Both the position numbers and the translations under genes were made by a program. The notes under the pieces were generated by a model that worked only from the letters and a program-made list of their open reading frames with translations, made no database searches and had not been told where the DNA came from. Below, piece by piece: positions 26,986 to 31,783 of a DNA stretch of 31,783 nucleotides. This stretch comes from an uncultured archaeon. Lineage in GTDB: Archaea; Asgardarchaeota; Thorarchaeia; Thorarchaeales; Thorarchaeaceae. The stretch spans positions 1 to 31,783 of the forward strand of contig CAYWJO010000040.1 in the NCBI GenBank assembly GCA_964458565.1, in the 5' to 3' direction. Positions within the stretch are counted from its first letter, which is position 1; each line of letters opens with the position of its first letter.

Positions 26986-27819
26986 TCATTCGCTTCGTTG
27001 CCTCTCCACGTGAGCGAGATTCTCCCTCCCATAGAGGGCAATAATAATCACAACCAAAATCATCACAAACATACTGATGATTCCTGAAGCAACACCTGCA
27101 GCCTGACCAACAGCAGCTGTGAAGAGGTTAAATGTACCATGCCAGATTGCAGTTAAGAGAATACTGCCCTCTGTGCTGTTATAGAGCCATGTGAGAAGCA
27201 CAGCACCAAACATGAGGCCAATGACCCAGAAGATTGTTCCAATAAGTCCCATTGCCATAAGGTTCTCATTGTACAGAAACATAGGGATGTGCCAACCTGC
27301 CCAGATTAGGCCCAGAATCAAGCTCGATGTGAGTGCACTAAATCTTGTTTGAAGGTGGGGTAGTAAGAAACCACGCCAACCGGTTTCTTCACCTATGCCA
27401 TACGTGAATATCCAGAGTAACCATGCTCCGAGAAAGGTCAGATATGGCATATACAAAACTTGTCCAAATATGCTGAGATCTGGCCATGGTTGTCCCATTA
27501 ATACGATTATGAAACTTGACACTAGGTATAGAATCCAGACTGAAAGTATGGCAACTGCAGCCCAAATCGGTCTTACTCTCCATTTAGTCATTCGCTTCAT
27601 CAAATCTTTCAGACCGACCTTTCTACCTGTGATCCAAGTCACTATCAGTGCAGATAGTAATGAGCCAAATGGAAGAATGTAATGAAGCGAAAGGGGTATC
27701 GTTATGGAAATGATTCCATGATATGAGAGAGCGATTGCTAGAGCTATAGACCAAGTTATCCCATAAGCTAACAAGACGAAAATACCCACTGTCTTCCACT
27801 GGGCTATCTCTTCACTCAT
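26986..27819 (-). CDS. CPBP (Abi/CAAX, type II) intramembrane glutamic endopeptidase
   Basis: Motifs GEETGWRG, WAGWH and AIWHGTFN; multiple TM segments. Confidence 0.93.
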   Translation of the reverse strand: MSEEIAQWKTVGIFVLLAYGITWSIALAIALSYHGIISITIPLSLHYILPFGSLLSALIVTWITGRKVGLKDLMKRMTKWRVRPIWAAVAILSVWILYLVSSFIIVLMGQPWPDLSIFGQVLYMPYLTFLGAWLLWIFTYGIGEETGWRGFLLPHLQTRFSALTSSLILGLIWAGWHIPMFLYNENLMAMGLIGTIFWVIGLMFGAVLLTWLYNSTEGSILLTAIWHGTFNLFTAAVGQAAGVASGIISMFVMILVVIIIALYGRENLAHVERQRSE

Positions 27820-27820
27820 T

Positions 27821-28417
27821 CTAAATCACCCTCCTTATTCGAGTGATTGACTCATCAGTATAGAGCATCTCTGATGGAATTGTCACCTTGTAGCGAGCTG
27901 AAGTGGGATCCTTTCTCATCTTGTTCAGTCCAATGCCAACACCATAGCAGTAGGCGGTTTCAGTCGGTCGTATCCGGATAACAACAGAATCCTTCAGGAC
28001 CTCTGAGTCGACCTTGAGATTCATCCGAGTCATCGACTTTTGTGCAAAGGCTGCTTGAGCTCCCGGGTCATCCAGTGAGATTATGTCCGCAGTTCCTCTA
28101 AACATGACTGTGCTATCTGGAATGAAGCGCAGGTAGTAATGGGGGAAAGTTACAAGCAATGAAACGTTGGGATTTCTCCTGATGTTCCTAACCTTTGCTG
28201 CCTTTGATTGCGTCACAATGTAGAATGCTAATTTCTCACCGGGTGGCGAAACCGCGAATATGATTCCTGTTGAGTGAGGTCTGTTCCTTAAGTCCACGGT
28301 ACTGAAGACAGCAAATGTCTTTTTCCTGACCTCTTTCATGACCAGATCAAACTGGGATGGTTTTTCTTTCGGGTCTTCAACTATGCCTGTTGCTGCACCC
28401 AATAACGGCATCACCAT
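27821..28417 (-). CDS. Pyridoxamine 5'-phosphate oxidase-like (FMN/F420-binding split-barrel) protein
   Basis: FAVFSTVDLRNRPHS...FYIVTQSKAAKVRNIRRNPNVSLLV...FRGTA. Start moved to ATG 28417 because of the TAATG overlap with the upstream gene. Confidence 0.85.
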   Translation of the reverse strand: MVMPLLGAATGIVEDPKEKPSQFDLVMKEVRKKTFAVFSTVDLRNRPHSTGIIFAVSPPGEKLAFYIVTQSKAAKVRNIRRNPNVSLLVTFPHYYLRFIPDSTVMFRGTADIISLDDPGAQAAFAQKSMTRMNLKVDSEVLKDSVVIRIRPTETAYCYGVGIGLNKMRKDPTSARYKVTIPSEMLYTDESITRIRRVI

Positions 28418-28659
28418 TATGTGGTAGCCTCCTTCTTGTGCAGTTGATTCCATTCAGATTCAGTAATGTCCAACCGGAATACTCCTGTTGTCCCCTTCAG
28501 TTCGAGCATCATTCCTTCCACAAAGGTCAGACTAACGAGGTCTCCAAGAGCTCCTTCAATTAGTACTGAGCTTTCAACATCTTTTGACTGTTCAAAACTC
28601 ACGTATCTCTTCGAACAGAGTTCGATTGAAAATGCATGTTCGTTCGTTTGTTTCTTCAT
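28417..28659 (-). CDS. Small hypothetical all-beta protein, first gene of a 3-gene operon
   Basis: 80 aa (EHAFSIEL...VLIEGALG...MLELKGTTGVFRLDI); stop overlaps the next start. Confidence 0.75.
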   Translation of the reverse strand: MKKQTNEHAFSIELCSKRYVSFEQSKDVESSVLIEGALGDLVSLTFVEGMMLELKGTTGVFRLDITESEWNQLHKKEATT

Positions 28660-28755
28660 ATTATATCACTATGAATTACATGGTCTCAAACAAAGAAGTA
28701 ATCTCCTAAGGAATGATTATGATTTCTCAAGATTGAGCTTGAGTTATTAGGAACC

Positions 28756-29550
28756 ATGATTATGAACAAGACCATGGAACAACTCAGTGCTCTCTTGTTT
28801 GAATTAGCGAACGTTGACAGATTAGAGATTCTTCTCGAGTTGAGCAACAATGCAATGAAGCTCACAAACATCTCCAAGAACCTCGAACTGACACTACAGG
28901 AGACCTCACGTCACATGCAGCGACTATGTGATTCCCTCCTCACAGAGAAGAAGGCTGATGGAGCATATCACATCACACAGCATGGGAGGAATGTAATCTC
29001 TCTTCTACCTGGACTTGATTTTCTTGTTGAGCATCGTGATTATTTTGTCTCGCATAAAATAAACCATCTACCAGGAGAGTTCGTAGTCAGAATAGGTGAC
29101 CTGCATAATAGTAAGTTACTCGACAATCCGGTTCTTGCATTTCAGAGTGTAAATACGATCATCGAAGGGGCAAGAGAAGAACTGTGCTTTATTTCGGACC
29201 AAGTACCCACCGGAAGTATTCCTCTGATTGAATCTGCAGTAAAGGGAGGTGTGGTCATGAGGGCTCTAATGCCTAAGAGCATGGTTCGTCCAGACCTTCC
29301 TGAATCATACCTTCCTCATTATGAGGAGGAAGACATGGAGCGAATGTTCCTAGGATGGTCTGAATCCATTGAGTTTGTAGGTGTTCTTTCCGAGAGAGCT
29401 GCAGTGGTTGGATTTCCTACGATTGAGGGGAAAATGGATTACATGGCTTTCTATACAAACGGTGAGACTGCACTGAGCTGGTGTAATGATCTTTTCAATT
29501 ACTACTGGAATCAAGTAAAGCCTATTCATCCCTCAAGTGACGAGAGTTGA
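28756..29550 (+). CDS. ArsR-type wHTH transcriptional regulator with C-terminal DUF1724/FilR1-like domain
   Basis: LFELANVDRLEIL...QETSRHMQRL...YHITQHG, YFVSH...LPGEFVVRIGDL, GKMDY and WCNDLFNYYW; divergent from the 3-gene operon. Confidence 0.85.
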   Translation: MIMNKTMEQLSALLFELANVDRLEILLELSNNAMKLTNISKNLELTLQETSRHMQRLCDSLLTEKKADGAYHITQHGRNVISLLPGLDFLVEHRDYFVSHKINHLPGEFVVRIGDLHNSKLLDNPVLAFQSVNTIIEGAREELCFISDQVPTGSIPLIESAVKGGVVMRALMPKSMVRPDLPESYLPHYEEEDMERMFLGWSESIEFVGVLSERAAVVGFPTIEGKMDYMAFYTNGETALSWCNDLFNYYWNQVKPIHPSSDES

Positions 29551-30814
29551 TACTCCTTTCTCTTGCTGGGTCTCTTGCTTTCATCAGCGCAAGGAATGCA
29601 AACAGTAAGAGGAATGCAGCCACTATAAATGGGTAGATCTCGATAAGCCCTGAATGAGACGCTCCTGGTACGGGTGTTGATGTGAGGTCCGCCACGAAGC
29701 CAAGTAAGAGCGGTCCAACGACGAATCCAAAGTCACTGATCATCCGATAGAGCCCCATGGATATCTCTAGTTTGTCTGGCGGCGATAAATCCGTAACATA
29801 GGCAGCACTGGGTCCAGAGAGTCCGATGATTCCTCCATATATTGTTATGAAGATTGATAGAGTCACCATATCTGTAGCAGAGTGAATTAACAATGTAATC
29901 GCTGCAGTCATGATTAGACATATCGCAAGAGGTATTTTTCTCCCAATTCTGTCCGAAAGGCTTCCCATTGGCACCATTGTAAGTGAGGTTGCCACTGCGC
30001 CAAATGTCAGAATCAGACCAATTTCACTGGAATTCAGTTCTAAATTATTACCAGCAAAAAGCGGCACTAGTGTGGACCTCACTCCTGTTCGGAGAAAGAA
30101 CAATGTAAAGATTGCAAATGTAACAAGTAGAAATGATGGACCGGAGAGAACCTCGCGCATGTCACTAAAGATTTCTTTCAGGTTCAGTGTCGGAACTGCC
30201 TTGCCAGAATTTGTCAACTTGGGTAGAACGAGGGTTGGAATTATTGCCAGACCAGTGATGAACGCATATACAAAGAAAGGTGCACGAATATCATAGACTT
30301 CAGCAAGAATCCCACCGAATGTAGGTCCGAAGATGGCTCCGAGAAGTAACATACCCATATACAGGCTCATCCATTGTCCTCTCTTCTCCTGTCCGGATAT
30401 TTGAGCAAGGAATACCGTTGCTGTGGTGACATAGAGAGCTGACCCTACTCCTTCTATCATTCGAGCAACTATAAGGATGATATAACTGGGTGCGAATCCT
30501 GCGAGTACAGAAGAAGTGGAAAGAAGTACTAAGCCTGTGATCATAATCAGCTTCTTATCATATCGTCTTGAGAGAAGACCTGCAGGTATGTCAAGTAGCA
30601 TTCTTGTTACAGCAAAGGATGAAACCACAAAGCCAACAAGTGTATACGAAACTTGGAAACTCTCGGCATATGTGGGAAGAATTGGAGCAACCATGCTCAA
30701 GCCGAGAAGAACAAGGAATGTCACGAGAGATAGATTGAGTACTGTGCGTACACTTCCCTCGTAATTCGAATTCGGGATGATACCTTCTTTCAGTTCTTGA
30801 TGCTCGTCTGACAA
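29522..30814 (-). CDS. MFS transporter (DHA1/TetA-like)
   Basis: About 12 TM segments, ARMIEGVG, GAIFGPTFGG (antiporter motif C), GSLSDRIGRK; TTG start. Confidence 0.92.
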   Translation of the reverse strand: MSDEHQELKEGIIPNSNYEGSVRTVLNLSLVTFLVLLGLSMVAPILPTYAESFQVSYTLVGFVVSSFAVTRMLLDIPAGLLSRRYDKKLIMITGLVLLSTSSVLAGFAPSYIILIVARMIEGVGSALYVTTATVFLAQISGQEKRGQWMSLYMGMLLLGAIFGPTFGGILAEVYDIRAPFFVYAFITGLAIIPTLVLPKLTNSGKAVPTLNLKEIFSDMREVLSGPSFLLVTFAIFTLFFLRTGVRSTLVPLFAGNNLELNSSEIGLILTFGAVATSLTMVPMGSLSDRIGRKIPLAICLIMTAAITLLIHSATDMVTLSIFITIYGGIIGLSGPSAAYVTDLSPPDKLEISMGLYRMISDFGFVVGPLLLGFVADLTSTPVPGASHSGLIEIYPFIVAAFLLLFAFLALMKARDPARERSINSRHLRDE

Positions 30815-30979
30815 AGTACGGTGACCTTCTTGGTAAAGCAGACTGATACATTGCGGTTAAAGTACTTTCAGATGATATCCTACTTCTTCAACATAATCCT
30901 GTTCTTTTACAAGGCAAATGATTGCGTTCATCATCAGGCCTAATATTCTTAGTTCCAAATTATCTCCGGAGGTTGGTCT

Positions 30980-31156
30980 TTGGCTATCTTGAAGAATGAA
31001 TGGCTGATTCCTGTTGGCTGCATATGCTTGGCTATTTCGATACTCCTCGACCGGTTTGTTGTTGGTGACGGTATCTTAGACTTCGTGATTGGAATTCTCA
31101 CTGGGTTGTCGATTGTTCTGAATCTTGTAGGATTATATCGGTCAAGGAACAGGTGA
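30980..31156 (+). CDS. Small two-TM membrane protein (58 aa), not in ORF track
   Basis: GGAGG RBS at 30968-30972 and TTG start: MAILKNEWLIPVGCICLAISILLDRFVVGDGILDFVIGILTGLSIVLNLVGLYRSRNR*. Confidence 0.75.
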   Translation: MAILKNEWLIPVGCICLAISILLDRFVVGDGILDFVIGILTGLSIVLNLVGLYRSRNR

Positions 31157-31178
31157 AATACAAAGACACCTAGACTGC

Positions 31179-31625
31179 TTAATCATCCGCTGGAATCTCA
31201 TCTATCGGCACGACTAAATCAACCAGCTTTTTCAGAGCAACGAGGGCTGGTTCCCATCGAAGAAGTTCTCTTGTCTCTTTCAAATCACACCATCTATATT
31301 CAACATGTTCGTTAGATAGAGTGATTTTCATCTTTTCCCTCACTTCTACTGCGAAGCAAATGTCCATCATATCCATCAACACTCCATCTTTTTCCGTTCG
31401 ATGTGAGAATGTATGCTCCAGATCAATGATTCTAATGAACTCCTGTATACCTGTTTCTTCCAAGACCTCTCTCGTCAATGTTTGAAGCGCTGTTTCTTCT
31501 GATTCAATCCCTCCGCTGATTGGTTGCCAGAAGCCACCCTTCTCTTGTGTTCTCTTGAGTAATAGAAGTATAAACTCGGGAATTAACGTGAACACAAAAA
31601 CAAGCACATTATTCCTATTAACCAC
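31179..31625 (-). CDS. NUDIX hydrolase (NudB/NtpA-like)
   Basis: LLLKR, WQPISG, Nudix box GGIESEETALQTLTREVLEETGI, and LSNEHVEYRW. Confidence 0.9.
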   Translation of the reverse strand: MVNRNNVLVFVFTLIPEFILLLLKRTQEKGGFWQPISGGIESEETALQTLTREVLEETGIQEFIRIIDLEHTFSHRTEKDGVLMDMMDICFAVEVREKMKITLSNEHVEYRWCDLKETRELLRWEPALVALKKLVDLVVPIDEIPADD

Positions 31626-31672
31626 TTTCTACAGCTCTCCAATTATTCACAAAGATGAATCAGATACGATCA

Positions 31673-31783
31673 TCATTTAGTCCACGCATGACTGATTGAG
31701 CCATGAGTCTTCTTAAATCCAACATCTCTGTAGAGTTCTATCGCGCCTCTATGAAAGCAGAAGGACCTCTAATAAGAGATGTC
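31673..31783 (-). pseudogene. 3' end of a GNAT acetyltransferase, apparently frameshifted (partial at right edge)
   Basis: One frame gives ...HRGAIELYRDVGFKKTHGSISHAWTK* (GNAT A..LY...GF motif) but has a TAG upstream. A neighbouring frame gives HLLLEV, the expected preceding strand. Confidence 0.5.

Noticed and set aside
26735-27087. Plus-strand ORFs 26735-26935 and 26809-27087
   Set aside because: They overlap well-supported minus-strand genes and carry no recognisable motif.
31769-31771. In-frame TAG as possible pyrrolysine read-through in the terminal GNAT fragment
   Set aside because: The residues around the TAG do not fit the GNAT motif, whereas the neighbouring frame does; a frameshift is simpler.

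Overview
Archaeal chromosomal window, most likely Asgard (Thorarchaeota-like). This is an inference from a Rab/Ras-like small GTPase, tandem-HTH Lrp/AsnC and ArsR-type wHTH regulators, GGTGA/GGAGG ribosome-binding sites and large Thr-linker, membrane-anchored surface glycoproteins. I found no rRNA, tRNA, CRISPR array or transposase. The ORF track misses the largest gene: a minus-strand ORF of at least 1391 codons (4173 to beyond the left edge). It encodes a secreted protein with a possible degenerate caspase/CHAT-like N-domain, a long amphipathic beta-strand region and at least 22 DxDxDGLxDxxE (bacterial TSP3-type, Ca2+-binding) repeats. The rest is accessory-type content: a small GTPase lacking its G5 motif, a VOC pair, YjbQ, a membrane-anchored Ntn hydrolase, an alpha/beta hydrolase, a ~1050-aa HEAT-repeat protein, GNATs, two beta-helix surface proteins (one with cadherin-like repeats, one with a 5-bladed propeller), an MgtA-like P-type ATPase with a structured upstream region, a radical SAM protein, two MFS transporters, a CPBP protease, a split-barrel flavoprotein and a NUDIX hydrolase. 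There are several lesions: a deletion scar joining two 5'-truncated divergent genes, and two apparent frameshifts. All calls come from manual translation and motif recognition; no database searches were run.
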